Assembly: GCA_934444695.1 (NCBI GenBank)
Contig: CAKSDF010000001.1
Location: 1,446 to 65,445 of the forward strand
Direction of reading: 5' to 3'
Length of the DNA stretch: 64,000 nucleotides
From: an uncultured Eubacteriales bacterium
Lineage (GTDB): Bacteria; Bacillota; Clostridia; Oscillospirales; Acutalibacteraceae
Of the stretch, positions 1 to 9,100 are shown in pieces; within the stretch, counting starts at the first letter, position 1; each line of letters starts with the position of its first letter. A model generated the notes under the pieces. That model did no database searches. It had not been told where the DNA came from and worked only from the letters and a program-made list of their open reading frames with translations. The position numbers and the translations under genes are program-made.

Positions 1-1
1 A

Positions 2-2152
2 AATGTAGGGGTTATAGCATATATAGCAATTAAGGAATTCGGCGGAGGAAACAGCCGGACCGAGAAGGTGGCCCTTTCCCAGATCAACCTGTTTTTCATC
101 GTGGCGGGTCTTGCCTGCTTTGCGGTCTGCATTCTTATGGAGACCTTTAAATACGAGGCGATGATACGGGCGACGGCCGGAAAAAGCGACAAACAGACCG
201 CCTTTGAGGTGGCGGTGCTGGGAAAATACTACGACAACATCACACCTTTAGGCGCAGGCGGTCAGCCATTTCAGATATTTCATCTCAAAAAGCGGGGATA
301 TACCGGCGGAACGGCCGCTTCTCTTCCCATTGCGGGATTTGTGGTGCTTCAAATGGCCTTTGTTTTCCTTGCCATCGTGGTTTTTTCCTTTAACGGCAAG
401 GCCATTGACGAATACCCCCTTATTAAATATTCGGCATACATAGGTCTTTTGTTTTATGCCTTTGTGCCCACCGTTATCGTGCTCTTTTCCCTTATGCCGA
501 AAACCTTCGGCAAGATAATAAAAGGGTTTCTGTGGCTTTTCCACAAGGTGCACATCGTCAAGAATTTTGAGCAGACCAGTCAGAAGGTCTTTGTTTCCCT
601 TGAGGAATACCGCCAAAGCCTTGTGCTCATTTCAAAGACCCCTATGCTCATTTCAAAGACATTTTTCTTTTCGCTTATCTATGAGATAGCCCTTATGTCC
701 ATGCCCTATTTTGTGCTCAGAGCCTTTGGCGTGCACGAGGGATTTATACATCTTTTCTCGCTTTGCGTTTTCATTTACGCATCCATTTCCTTTATTCCCA
801 CTCCCGGAAACGGCGGTGCGGCCGAAAGTATGTTTTACGCCATATTCTCATCTCTCGCCGGAAATATGCTTTTCTGGGCGGTGCTTGTGTGGCGTTTCCT
901 TTGCTATTATGCCTTTCTCATTATGGGCATTTTCGTCATCTTTACAAATTCCATGCGCGGAAAAGGCAGCGTTAAAAAACGAAAGCTCAGCAGCACCGCT
1001 TCATCGGTGCAGTTTACCGATACCTTTTTCCCGGTTTCGGACGGGGTTTCTCAGACGGTGGACAGTCTTGCCCAGCGTATGAACGAGGCGGGATATTGCT
1101 GCGTTGTTTGTCCCTCCTCCGATACCGCCTTTAAGGATCGCTTTTCCTATGACGTTATACGGGTGCCGTCGGTTAGATTCCCCTTTGCCGGAAAGGTGCC
1201 GCTGCCCTCTCTTGAGCGGGGACTTAAAACCAAGCTCAAGGAAGGGAATTTCACCGCCTTCCACGCCCATTCTCCCTTTGGAATCGGCAAATACGCCCTT
1301 AAAATGGGCAAGAGACTTGGTGTGCCGGTCATTGCATCTTTCCACAGTCAGTATTGCGACGAGCTTATTTCCCTTTCCAAAAACCGTTTTGTAGGAAGAC
1401 TGCTTTCCAACGCCATTGTCAAGTTCTATTGCCAGGCAAACGAGGTGTGGGCTCAAAGCCGCAACACCGCCGAGGTGCTGCAAAGCTACGGCTTTAGGGG
1501 AGACATTAAAATTGTCGGAAAGGGCACCGAGTTTATCGGGGAATATGTTCCCGATGACCGTATTGCCGCCCTTAAAGAGGAGCTGCTCATTCCCGAGGAT
1601 AAAAAGATACTGCTTTATTTCGGAACGCTCAGTCAGAAGAAAAACGTGCGTCTTGTCATCGATACCATGCTTGAGCTTAAGGAAACGGGAGACGAATACA
1701 TCCTGCTTTCGGTTGGCAGAGGGCCGGACGAGGAATACATAAAGAATGTTACCGAAAAATTAGGGCTTAACGGAAGCATTCTTTTCCTCGGTCATATTGC
1801 CGATCGCTCTAAGCTTTTGGCCGTTATTTCCATGGCCGATCTGCTTATTTATCCCTCTCCCGACAACAGTTTCCCCTCGGTGGTGCGGGAAGCGGCGGCC
1901 CTTTCGACACCTTCTCTTGTGGCCGAAGGCTGCGCATCGGAATATATAAGCAACAATGTTAACGGATATTTCGCCGAGGCCAATCCCGAGGCCATGGCCG
2001 GAAGAATCAAGGAGATTTTTGAAAGCGGAAGTCTTGAGGAAGTGGGAGATGTGGCCAAAAACACCCTTCCCACCAGTTGGGACGAGATTGTGAGAGAGTC
2101 TAATATGCGCTATAAAAAGGCGGCGCGGGAGCTGCAAAAGCGCAGGAAATAG
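2..2152 (+). CDS. Fusion protein: N-terminal flippase-like / lysyl-PG-synthase-type TM domain (UPF0104) plus C-terminal GT4-type glycosyltransferase; 5' end probably runs off the window
   Basis: ORF 68..2152. The frame has no stop back to nt 2, so the GTG at 68 is probably internal. The N-terminal half is polytopic with the GAGGQPFQ motif typical of UPF0104. The C-terminal half (FTDTFFPVSDGV..., HSPF..., FPSVVREAAA) looks like a GT-B/GT4 enzyme. Confidence 0.6.
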   Translation, partial: NVGVIAYIAIKEFGGGNSRTEKVALSQINLFFIVAGLACFAVCILMETFKYEAMIRATAGKSDKQTAFEVAVLGKYYDNITPLGAGGQPFQIFHLKKRGYTGGTAASLPIAGFVVLQMAFVFLAIVVFSFNGKAIDEYPLIKYSAYIGLLFYAFVPTVIVLFSLMPKTFGKIIKGFLWLFHKVHIVKNFEQTSQKVFVSLEEYRQSLVLISKTPMLISKTFFFSLIYEIALMSMPYFVLRAFGVHEGFIHLFSLCVFIYASISFIPTPGNGGAAESMFYAIFSSLAGNMLFWAVLVWRFLCYYAFLIMGIFVIFTNSMRGKGSVKKRKLSSTASSVQFTDTFFPVSDGVSQTVDSLAQRMNEAGYCCVVCPSSDTAFKDRFSYDVIRVPSVRFPFAGKVPLPSLERGLKTKLKEGNFTAFHAHSPFGIGKYALKMGKRLGVPVIASFHSQYCDELISLSKNRFVGRLLSNAIVKFYCQANEVWAQSRNTAEVLQSYGFRGDIKIVGKGTEFIGEYVPDDRIAALKEELLIPEDKKILLYFGTLSQKKNVRLVIDTMLELKETGDEYILLSVGRGPDEEYIKNVTEKLGLNGSILFLGHIADRSKLLAVISMADLLIYPSPDNSFPSVVREAAALSTPSLVAEGCASEYISNNVNGYFAEANPEAMAGRIKEIFESGSLEEVGDVAKNTLPTSWDEIVRESNMRYKKAARELQKRRK

Positions 2153-2303
2153 TTTCTGCGGGAAACGACGCTGAAGCTGCAAAAAGCACAGAAACGACCT
2201 TTACGGGACACAGTGCGCAAGCTGCAAAAATGCAGAAAATCTGTTTTTGCGGGAAACGGTGCTAAAGTTGCAAAAATGCAGGAAACTGCTTTTACAGAAA
2301 ATA
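2131..2303 (+). repeat. Tandem repeat, 45-46 bp unit, about 3.8 copies, beginning inside the 3' end of the preceding CDS
   Basis: Units start at 2131, 2176, 2221 and 2267 (last partial). Each begins G(C/T)TGCAAAAA..GCA(G/C)(G/A)AAA and contains GCGGGAAACG or its variants. Read directly from the sequence. Confidence 0.85.
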
Positions 2304-2432
2304 TTACGGCGGAGAAGACGGCGACCCCGTGAAGGGCCGCATAAAACAGCGGGACGGCGCAGGGATACTACCCCATCGACTTAAACGGACGGTGTTAAAA
2401 ATACCGTCATATCACTCTAGAGGTGTTTTTAC

Positions 2433-3623
2433 TTGTCAGATAAATTTTTCAGAAGAACCTGGGCGCAGGTTGATCTTGACGCCCTTAAACATAACTTTGA
2501 AGTGCTGCGTTCCATCGTGCCGGACAGCGCTCAGATAATGGGCATCGTCAAGGCCGACGCATACGGCCACGGGGTCGAGATGATCTCTAAAACCCTTTGT
2601 GATTTAGGGGTCGACCGACTTGGCGTATCATCCATTTCCGAGGCCGAGCAGCTGCGTTCCTTCGGCATAAAAAAGCCGGTGCTCATTTTGGGATATACCC
2701 CCTGCGAGCTTGCAAAGGAGCTTTTTGAAAACGACATTACCCAGGCGGTTTACGATCTCGGTTATGCAAAGGAGCTGTCCGCTGCCGCCGAGGCTGCCGG
2801 TGTACGCATAAAGACCCACATTAAGCTTGATGTGGGAATGGGCAGGCTTGGATTTTTGGCCAAAAACGACAGCTGCATAGACGAGATAAAGCAGGTCGCT
2901 GCCCTCGGCGGGCTTGACATCAAGGGAATTTTCACCCATTTCCCCTCGGCCGACCGGGACGGAGACGACAGCGGAGAGATCACCAAAAAACAGGCGGCGC
3001 TTTTTATAAGCCGCTGCAATACCCTTGAAAGACAAGGGATACATTTTGAGACGCGGCATTGCTGCAACTCGGCAGGATCGCTGACCATCGGCAAGGGTGA
3101 GGCAGGGCTAGACTGCGTTAGAGAGGGCATTACACTTTACGGGCTTTCTCCCTCTGCTGCCCTTAAAGGGGAGGCAAATCTTCGCCCGGTTATGTCCCTT
3201 AAAACGGTGGTTTCTATGGTCAAGACCATCGAAAAGGGCGATACGGTCAGCTACGGAATGACCTTTACGGCCCAGAAAAAAATGAAGCTTGCATCGGTCT
3301 GCATAGGCTATGCCGACGGCTATCCCCGCCGCCTTTCTTCAAAGGGATATATGCTCATAAAGGGGCAGAAGGCTCCCATTGTCGGCAGGGTGTGTATGGA
3401 TCAGCTGATGCTTGACGTAACAGGCATTGAGGACGTTAAAATCGGCGACGAGGTAACGGTTTTCGGAAAGAGCGGAGATGCCGAGCTTTCGGTGGACGAG
3501 GTTGCCGCTGCGGCCGACACCATTAACTATGAGCTGATCTGCATTCTCGGAAAAAGGGTGCCGAGGGTCTTTTTAAAGGACGGAAAGGTGCTTTCGGTGA
3601 CCGATTATATCAGCAGCCGATGA
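2433..3623 (+). CDS. alr: Alanine racemase
   Basis: 396 aa, TTG start. PLP-lysine motif VKADAYGHG near the N-terminus. Length and C-terminal beta-domain motifs (YGxxW-like, CMDQLMLDV) are typical of Alr. Confidence 0.9.
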   Translation: MSDKFFRRTWAQVDLDALKHNFEVLRSIVPDSAQIMGIVKADAYGHGVEMISKTLCDLGVDRLGVSSISEAEQLRSFGIKKPVLILGYTPCELAKELFENDITQAVYDLGYAKELSAAAEAAGVRIKTHIKLDVGMGRLGFLAKNDSCIDEIKQVAALGGLDIKGIFTHFPSADRDGDDSGEITKKQAALFISRCNTLERQGIHFETRHCCNSAGSLTIGKGEAGLDCVREGITLYGLSPSAALKGEANLRPVMSLKTVVSMVKTIEKGDTVSYGMTFTAQKKMKLASVCIGYADGYPRRLSSKGYMLIKGQKAPIVGRVCMDQLMLDVTGIEDVKIGDEVTVFGKSGDAELSVDEVAAAADTINYELICILGKRVPRVFLKDGKVLSVTDYISSR

Positions 3624-3832
3624 TTGCGGAGAGACGGGATCGCCGGGATTTTATAAACAACAACTATAAAAGCAGATAAGAAGTTATGCTTTGAATAAAG
3701 AGAGGACAGACATTTTCGGAAAGGGTTAATTGCCAAGCAACAGATGCTCGAATCCTGCACAGGGCTTCAGTCACGGGATTTATGGGCGATAAGGCTATCT
3801 CGGTACAGTCACAGCCCACCGGGTGCACATCA

Positions 3833-3982
3833 GCCGGCTGAGGCTATCAGCGCAGCTGATCGGAGGGAGGCTGCCGTAAAGATGCAGCTGCGGTTTGCAA
3901 GGTAGGCTTACCTTTCGGGCAAGGGTGCGGGACTGCTGCTCCCTCCGGTCTCGGCCGGGCCGAGACAGCCTCAGCGGCCGGC
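3833..3982 (+). repeat. Four-helix interspersed repeat, copy A
   Basis: GCCGGCTGAGGCT / ATCAGCGCAGCTGAT / CGGAGGGAGG ... CTCCCTCCG / GTCTCGGCCGGGCCGAGAC / AGCCTCAGCGGCCGGC. Intergenic between alr and the GH2-like gene. Confidence 0.8.
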
Positions 3983-4075
3983 CTAAAGCACAGCCCCTGC
4001 CAGCGCATTAAAAGGCGGCAACGGACGGCGGGTTAAGCAACAGCCGAAAAAACAAAGGGAAAAGGAAGAGGAAAA

Positions 4076-6772
4076 ATGAAGGCACAGGATGTTTTTAACG
4101 ATCGGTCGGCGGCTTTTTCCCGCTCGCCCCAAAAACGCAGCCGGTATATTCCGAGAAGTCGGGCTGCCGAGTTTTCCGATCTGACAAAGGGAGCGATGGA
4201 CCGTCGTCTTTCTCTTGGCGGGGCATGGTCTTTTTGTCTTTTTGACGGCATTTCCGAAATCGACGGCCGCCTTCTTGAAGCATCGTATGATCTTTCGGAA
4301 TTTGAAAAAATCGATCTGCCCAAATCCCTTTTAAGGGAGGAAGGACTGCCCTTTTGCTTTCCCGACATTCCCGACACCGCCAAGACAGCCCTCTTTTGCA
4401 GGGATGTTGACGTGGATTTTTCGGGACAAAAGACCTTCCTTGTATTTGAAGGATTTACGGGGGATCTTGCGGTCTTTATCAACGGCATAGAGGCGGGGTT
4501 TTCGTCGGGCAGCGGAAATCTTTGCGAATTTGACGTGACAAGATTTTTATCCCCGGGGAAAAACCGTTTTTGCATTGTGCTTTTGTCGGTTTGCAAACAA
4601 AGCTTTTTTAAATCGGCAAACCAAAGAAAATTTTTTGGAATAACCGAGCCTTTTTATCTTTTGACCCGCGAAAAGAGCCACATCTGCGACCTTGTGCTTG
4701 AGACCTCCCTTTCGGAGGGCTTTGGTCAGGGGACGGTTACGGCTGCCCTTTCGGGGGATTTTTTATCTGCCGGAAAATGCCGCCTTTTCGACGAGTATGG
4801 GACACTGGTTTCGAGCGGCGATTTTGACGAGGACGGAAAGACCGAGCTTTGCCTGAATTACCCTCGTCTGTGGTCGACCGAGCAACCCGATCTTTACCTC
4901 TTTGAGGCCGAGGTTTGCGGAGAATTTATTTATAAATACATCGGATTCAAACACATTGACTTTGACATAAACGAAGGTCTGCGGCTCAACGGGCGGAAAA
5001 TCCGTTTCAACGGAGGGGTTTACGATTCGGTCGGAAGGACCGAGAGTGAGGTCAAAAACGACATTTTAACCCTTAAACAAAACCACGTCGATGCCATTGC
5101 AATTAAGGGCGGGGATCATCTCGACCGCCTGCTTTCGCTGTGCGACCGTTACGGGGTGCTTGCAATTGCCGATGTGGGTATAAGTTCAGAAGCCTTTGAT
5201 CTGGCCGGCAGCCGCCGCATTTACGACGACGGAACAATATTCCCCATTATTGAGGAGGAAATTGCCGGGAGGATCATTCTCATCAGAAGTCACACCTGCC
5301 TTGCGGGAATAGGATTTTTCGATTTCTGCGGAGACGGGAAAAATGTTTATGACGCCATTTCCCTTTGCAGGGAGCTTTGCGGTGCTCCGATATTTTACGC
5401 CGGAGAACCGGCCGACACGGTAAGATCGAGCAGCTTTGAGCAGCGTCCCGACATATATTTTACCGACCGTTCCCTTAAAAGCTTTGACGATCCCTTTGCC
5501 GGCAAAAAGCCGGTGGCGGTTTTAGGAGAGGCTCCCGAGACCGACGACATACGGGTGCTTGGGGCCTTTGACCTTTGTCCCTTTGAGCATCTTTGGCAGC
5601 TTAAGGCCGCTCATCCCTTCTTTAAGGTTGACGAGATCGATGCAGGATCGGGAGATTTTTATATAACCAATCTTTTCGGCTTTTGCTATCTTTCCCACCT
5701 TGAGTGTTCCTTTGAGGTTACAAGCAGGGGAAAGGTTACGGCCAAGGGCTTTGTGGGGGCGCTGCCCCTTTCTCCCGGAAAGTGCGAGAAGGTACACGCC
5801 GATTTTGCGCTTCCCGCAGGGGATGAAAACTACATACGTTTTGAATTTAAGCGGCTGGGCGACTGCAAATGGGCCAAGGACGGATTTTCCGAAGGATCGG
5901 TGCAGTTTAAGCTTCCCGATCGTCCTTTCCACAGGACGCGCGGGACGGAAGAATATGAAACCGACGGCGGGCAGCAAGGGTTTGACCGCTTTGATATGGC
6001 CGACAGCGAGAATGAAGGCTTTGCAGGAAATGCAAGCGGTGCTGCCGATAACACAGCCGGTAATGTCGCTGATAATGCAGCCGATTATGCAGCTGATAAT
6101 ACCGCTGACAATACCGCTGCGCGGTCGGGCGCTCCCAAAACCGATGAAACCGACGGAAAGATCGTTATTTCGGGAAAAGATTTCAGATATGTTTTTTCAA
6201 AGCTTTCGGGCTCGTTTGAGCTTCTCGAGCACAGAGGAAAGAGGGCTTGCTCATCTCCTCTTAAATTAAAAATCTTTTGCAACAAGCGGCTTTTGCCCGC
6301 CTTTTGCTCGTCCGAGCTGTCGGTTGACGGAGAGCTTGCGGTCATAAGAAGCGAGGCGGTTTATATGGCCGAGGGTCAAAGCGGAAAACAGAGCTTTGTG
6401 GCGGTCTGGTGCATCGACAAAAGGGGCAGGATATCCCTCGACTGCTCGGTGCCTTCGGGAGATTTTGAAACCGACGGCGTTGGCCTTGACCTGGGTCTTG
6501 AAAACACCGATTTTGTCTACTTCGGCAGGGGAGAAAAATCGGGATATACCGGCATTTTCAGAACAAAAGGCGATTCCCGCCGACACATACGCTGCTGCCT
6601 GTTCGACAAGATAAAACGGCCGCTCTGCGTTTTCTGCAGCGACCGTATGACGGTTGAAACAAAGGACGGCTTTGCCACCTTTTCGGCAGGTCGTTTTGAC
6701 GGGGAAAGAGGCCTTTGCGAGCTGTCTCTTTGCATATGTCCAAGCAGGGAAGGCCGTTTGCTGTTTGAATAG
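4076..6772 (+). CDS. GH2 beta-galactosidase-like protein with degenerate catalytic motifs and a low-complexity insert
   Basis: 898 aa. LacZ-like sugar-binding domain pattern (FLVFEGFTGDLAVFINGIEAGFSSGSGNLCEFDVTRFLSPGKNRF). LNGRKIRFNGG sits where LNGKxxxxRGVNRHE is expected, followed by a TIM-barrel-like stretch and a C-terminal Bgal_small_N-like region. Insert: ADNTAGNVADNAADYAADNTADNTA. Confidence 0.55.
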   Translation: MKAQDVFNDRSAAFSRSPQKRSRYIPRSRAAEFSDLTKGAMDRRLSLGGAWSFCLFDGISEIDGRLLEASYDLSEFEKIDLPKSLLREEGLPFCFPDIPDTAKTALFCRDVDVDFSGQKTFLVFEGFTGDLAVFINGIEAGFSSGSGNLCEFDVTRFLSPGKNRFCIVLLSVCKQSFFKSANQRKFFGITEPFYLLTREKSHICDLVLETSLSEGFGQGTVTAALSGDFLSAGKCRLFDEYGTLVSSGDFDEDGKTELCLNYPRLWSTEQPDLYLFEAEVCGEFIYKYIGFKHIDFDINEGLRLNGRKIRFNGGVYDSVGRTESEVKNDILTLKQNHVDAIAIKGGDHLDRLLSLCDRYGVLAIADVGISSEAFDLAGSRRIYDDGTIFPIIEEEIAGRIILIRSHTCLAGIGFFDFCGDGKNVYDAISLCRELCGAPIFYAGEPADTVRSSSFEQRPDIYFTDRSLKSFDDPFAGKKPVAVLGEAPETDDIRVLGAFDLCPFEHLWQLKAAHPFFKVDEIDAGSGDFYITNLFGFCYLSHLECSFEVTSRGKVTAKGFVGALPLSPGKCEKVHADFALPAGDENYIRFEFKRLGDCKWAKDGFSEGSVQFKLPDRPFHRTRGTEEYETDGGQQGFDRFDMADSENEGFAGNASGAADNTAGNVADNAADYAADNTADNTAARSGAPKTDETDGKIVISGKDFRYVFSKLSGSFELLEHRGKRACSSPLKLKIFCNKRLLPAFCSSELSVDGELAVIRSEAVYMAEGQSGKQSFVAVWCIDKRGRISLDCSVPSGDFETDGVGLDLGLENTDFVYFGRGEKSGYTGIFRTKGDSRRHIRCCLFDKIKRPLCVFCSDRMTVETKDGFATFSAGRFDGERGLCELSLCICPSREGRLLFE

Positions 6773-6840
6773 GCCATTTTTCCGAAAGACTTTATCGGCA
6801 TCCGAATGATTGGTTTTGTCGGCATTACTTCATTGAGTTT

Positions 6841-6946
6841 GGATGATTTTTTCGATGATTTTTTTCCGGTGATTTTAACCGATGCCTTTATTTGATGCTT
6901 TTACTCGGTGCTTTTATTTGATATTTTAATTTGGTTGTTATTTTTA
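6841..6946 (+). repeat. Degenerate ~12-13 bp stutter repeat with phased T-tracts (about 8 units, G(A/G)TG(A/C)TTTTA-like)
   Basis: ggatgatttttt cgatgattttttt ccggtgatttta accgatgccttta tttgatgctttta ctcggtgctttta tttgatatttta. Lies immediately upstream of trmL. Confidence 0.6.
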
Positions 6947-6961
6947 CAGAAGGTTGATTTT

Positions 6962-7462
6962 ATGTTTAACATAGTTTTGGTCGAGCCGGAAATTCCGCAA
7001 AATACCGGCAACATTGCACGCACCTGCGCCGCCACCGGCAGCAGGCTTCATCTCATAGAGCCGCTGGGATTTAAGATCGACGACAAAAAACTTAAACGGG
7101 CGGGACTGGATTATTGGTGGCTGCTCGACATAAACTATTATAAGAATTTAGACGAATTTTTTGAGAAAAACAAGGGGCGGTTTTTCTTCTTTTCCACCAA
7201 GGCTCGTAAAAATCACTGCCAGGTGGAATATAAGGACGGGGATTATCTGGTTTTCGGCAAGGAAACAAAGGGACTGCCCGAAAAGCTGCTTTTTGAACAC
7301 AAGGACAGCTGCGTGAGGCTGCCCATGCTTTCCGAGGCAAGGAGCCTTAATCTTTCAAATTCGGTGGCGGTGGGGGTTTATGAGGCCCTTCGCCAAACCG
7401 GGTTTAAGAGTCTTGAGCAAGAGGGAAATCTGCGGGATTATTGCTGGGATCAGGCTGAATAA
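6962..7462 (+). CDS. trmL: SpoU-family tRNA 2'-O-methyltransferase (TrmL-like)
   Basis: ORF 6908..7462. I prefer the ATG at 6962 (MFNIVLVEPEIPQNTGNIARTCAATG...), giving 166 aa. N-terminus and size are typical of TrmL. Confidence 0.8.
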   Translation: MFNIVLVEPEIPQNTGNIARTCAATGSRLHLIEPLGFKIDDKKLKRAGLDYWWLLDINYYKNLDEFFEKNKGRFFFFSTKARKNHCQVEYKDGDYLVFGKETKGLPEKLLFEHKDSCVRLPMLSEARSLNLSNSVAVGVYEALRQTGFKSLEQEGNLRDYCWDQAE

Positions 7463-7619
7463 AAAGGGGAACAGGAAGGATTTACTTTGCGATATCGCCG
7501 CCGGACAAATGGGGCAGAGGTTTTTGTCTGCGGATGTTGCATATGTTATCTGTTGTTATCTGTGTTACATACGCTTAGGGTTTGACTGTCGTCGGCCGTT
7601 TATCGGAGGAACTGAATTT

Positions 7620-8486
7620 ATGAAAAAATCATTTTCGTCTGAAAAGCTTTTCGATATGCTGATTTTTATCGCCGGAAGCGTCCTTTACTCCCTTTCGGTC
7701 AATGTTTTCACGCTGCCCAATCACATTGCTCCCGGCGGGCTTACAGGTGTTGGCACCCTCATAAACTATCTTTCGGGATTCCCGGTGGGCGTGTCGGTCA
7801 TTTTAATGAACATCCCTCTGTTCTTTTTCGGGGTAAAGATACTCGGTCGGGAATTTTTTATCAAAACCGTCGCCGCCACCCTGCTTTCGTCGGTATTTAT
7901 CGACATCGGCGGCACATTTCTGCCGGGATACAGCGGGGATCACATACTGGCGGCCATTTACGGCGGAGTGCTTTCGGGAGCGGGAATGTCCCTTATATTT
8001 ATCAGAGGCGGCACCACCGGCGGCACCGACATTTTGGCAAAGCTCATTAAACACGCCTTTCCCCATCTTTCCATCGGGCACATCATCCTGGCCCTTGACG
8101 CGGTTATTCTTATAGGTGCGGCCGTCGTTTACAAAAGCATCGACAGCTCCCTTTACGCCATAATCGTCATTTTCGTTTCGACCACCATTATCGACCGTTC
8201 GATATACGGCGTGGGAAGCGGAAAGGTCGTTTATATCTTTTCAAAAAAATCCGAGCAGATCGCCGATCAAATCACCAAACAGCTCAAACGCGGCGCCACA
8301 CTTCTTAAAACCACCGGTGCCTATTCGGGAGACGATCGGAAGGTGGTTATGTGCGCGCTGCGGCGGCACGAGGTTTTCAGCCTTAAAAAGATCGTGCTCG
8401 ACATCGATCCCGCGGCATTTGTCATTGTGGGGGACGTGGGACAGGTAATGGGCAAAGGATTCAATTCCCTTAAAGACAGCGAATAG
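7620..8486 (+). CDS. YitT-family membrane protein (DUF2179-type C-terminal domain)
   Basis: ORF 7380..8486. ATG at 7620 is preceded by GGAGGA. LPNHIAPGGLTGVGTL and GGTTGGTDI motifs, multi-TM, soluble C-terminal domain. Confidence 0.7.
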   Translation: MKKSFSSEKLFDMLIFIAGSVLYSLSVNVFTLPNHIAPGGLTGVGTLINYLSGFPVGVSVILMNIPLFFFGVKILGREFFIKTVAATLLSSVFIDIGGTFLPGYSGDHILAAIYGGVLSGAGMSLIFIRGGTTGGTDILAKLIKHAFPHLSIGHIILALDAVILIGAAVVYKSIDSSLYAIIVIFVSTTIIDRSIYGVGSGKVVYIFSKKSEQIADQITKQLKRGATLLKTTGAYSGDDRKVVMCALRRHEVFSLKKIVLDIDPAAFVIVGDVGQVMGKGFNSLKDSE

Positions 8487-8617
8487 CGGCAGAATTCCGT
8501 TGGTTGGTTTTTGATTTTTATTTGAATCTTTTTTGCGAAACAAGGCCGGAATTTTTGCCGAAAAACGGTCGGAAAAAATCGCTGCGACCCGCATATTCAC
8601 TGGGTTTTTTAAAGAAA

Positions 8618-8633
8618 TGTTTCACGTGAAACA
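8618..8633. promoter_or_regulatory. parS: parS (ParB-binding centromere-like site), perfect palindrome TGTTTCACGTGAAACA
   Basis: Exact 16/16 match to the palindromic form of the Firmicute parS consensus TGTTNCACGTGAAACA. A-run on the left, T-run on the right. Intergenic. Confidence 0.85.
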
Positions 8634-8752
8634 TTTTTGTTTGCCAAATCTTTCGCCGCTTCTCAGGACGATTTTCCGTTTAAAGGCGGTCGGTTAAAAG
8701 ACACTAAAGGAAAGGCTTTTGCGCCGTTGCTTAACCTCTGCGCGCAGCTGCA

Positions 8753-8900
8753 GCCAGCCGAGGCTATCAGCGCAAGCTGATCGGAGGGCGGCCCCTAAGA
8801 CTGCGGGACTTAAATTTAATTTATAAATTTGATTTATCGGCAAGATTTACGGCTGCTGCTCCCTCCGGTCTCGGCCGGGCCGAGACAGCCTCGGCGGTCG
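8753..8900 (+). repeat. Four-helix interspersed repeat, copy B
   Basis: CCGAGGCT / ATCAGCGCAAGCTGAT / CGGAGGGCGG ... GCTCCCTCCG / GTCTCGGCCGGGCCGAGAC / AGCCTCGG. AT-rich central insert. Confidence 0.8.
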
Positions 8901-9100
8901 GTCGCGGGACACGGTTTCGGCGGCACCACATTTACAAAGCAGCAGACGGTGACGGGCGCGCGGGCCAAAAGAGAGCAAAAAACCTGCGGCGGGTGGGTCT
9001 TGCCAATTTAAGCAACAGCCCGTCCGTCGGATTATATCGGATTACATCATTGGATTACATGGATTTAATCAAAAAACTCGAGGGAAACAAGGAGAGCAAA

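Noticed and set aside
3833-3982. Possibility that the four-helix repeats are self-cleaving ribozymes (hammerhead, twister or similar) or a known riboswitch.
   Set aside because: I could not find the conserved catalytic cores (for example CUGANGA...GAAA of the hammerhead). The GCUGAUC segment is just the 3' arm of hairpin P2. The mixed orientation relative to genes also argues against a riboswitch. This rejection is by eye only and needs cmscan.
6908-9100. Long N-terminal extensions in the ORF track (6908, 7380 and 8993; likewise 11065, 12215, 23506, 55594, 56289 and 61293).
   Set aside because: The extensions run through intergenic repeats or terminators and lack homology. Internal ATGs preceded by good RBSs give N-termini typical of the respective families, so I used the internal starts.
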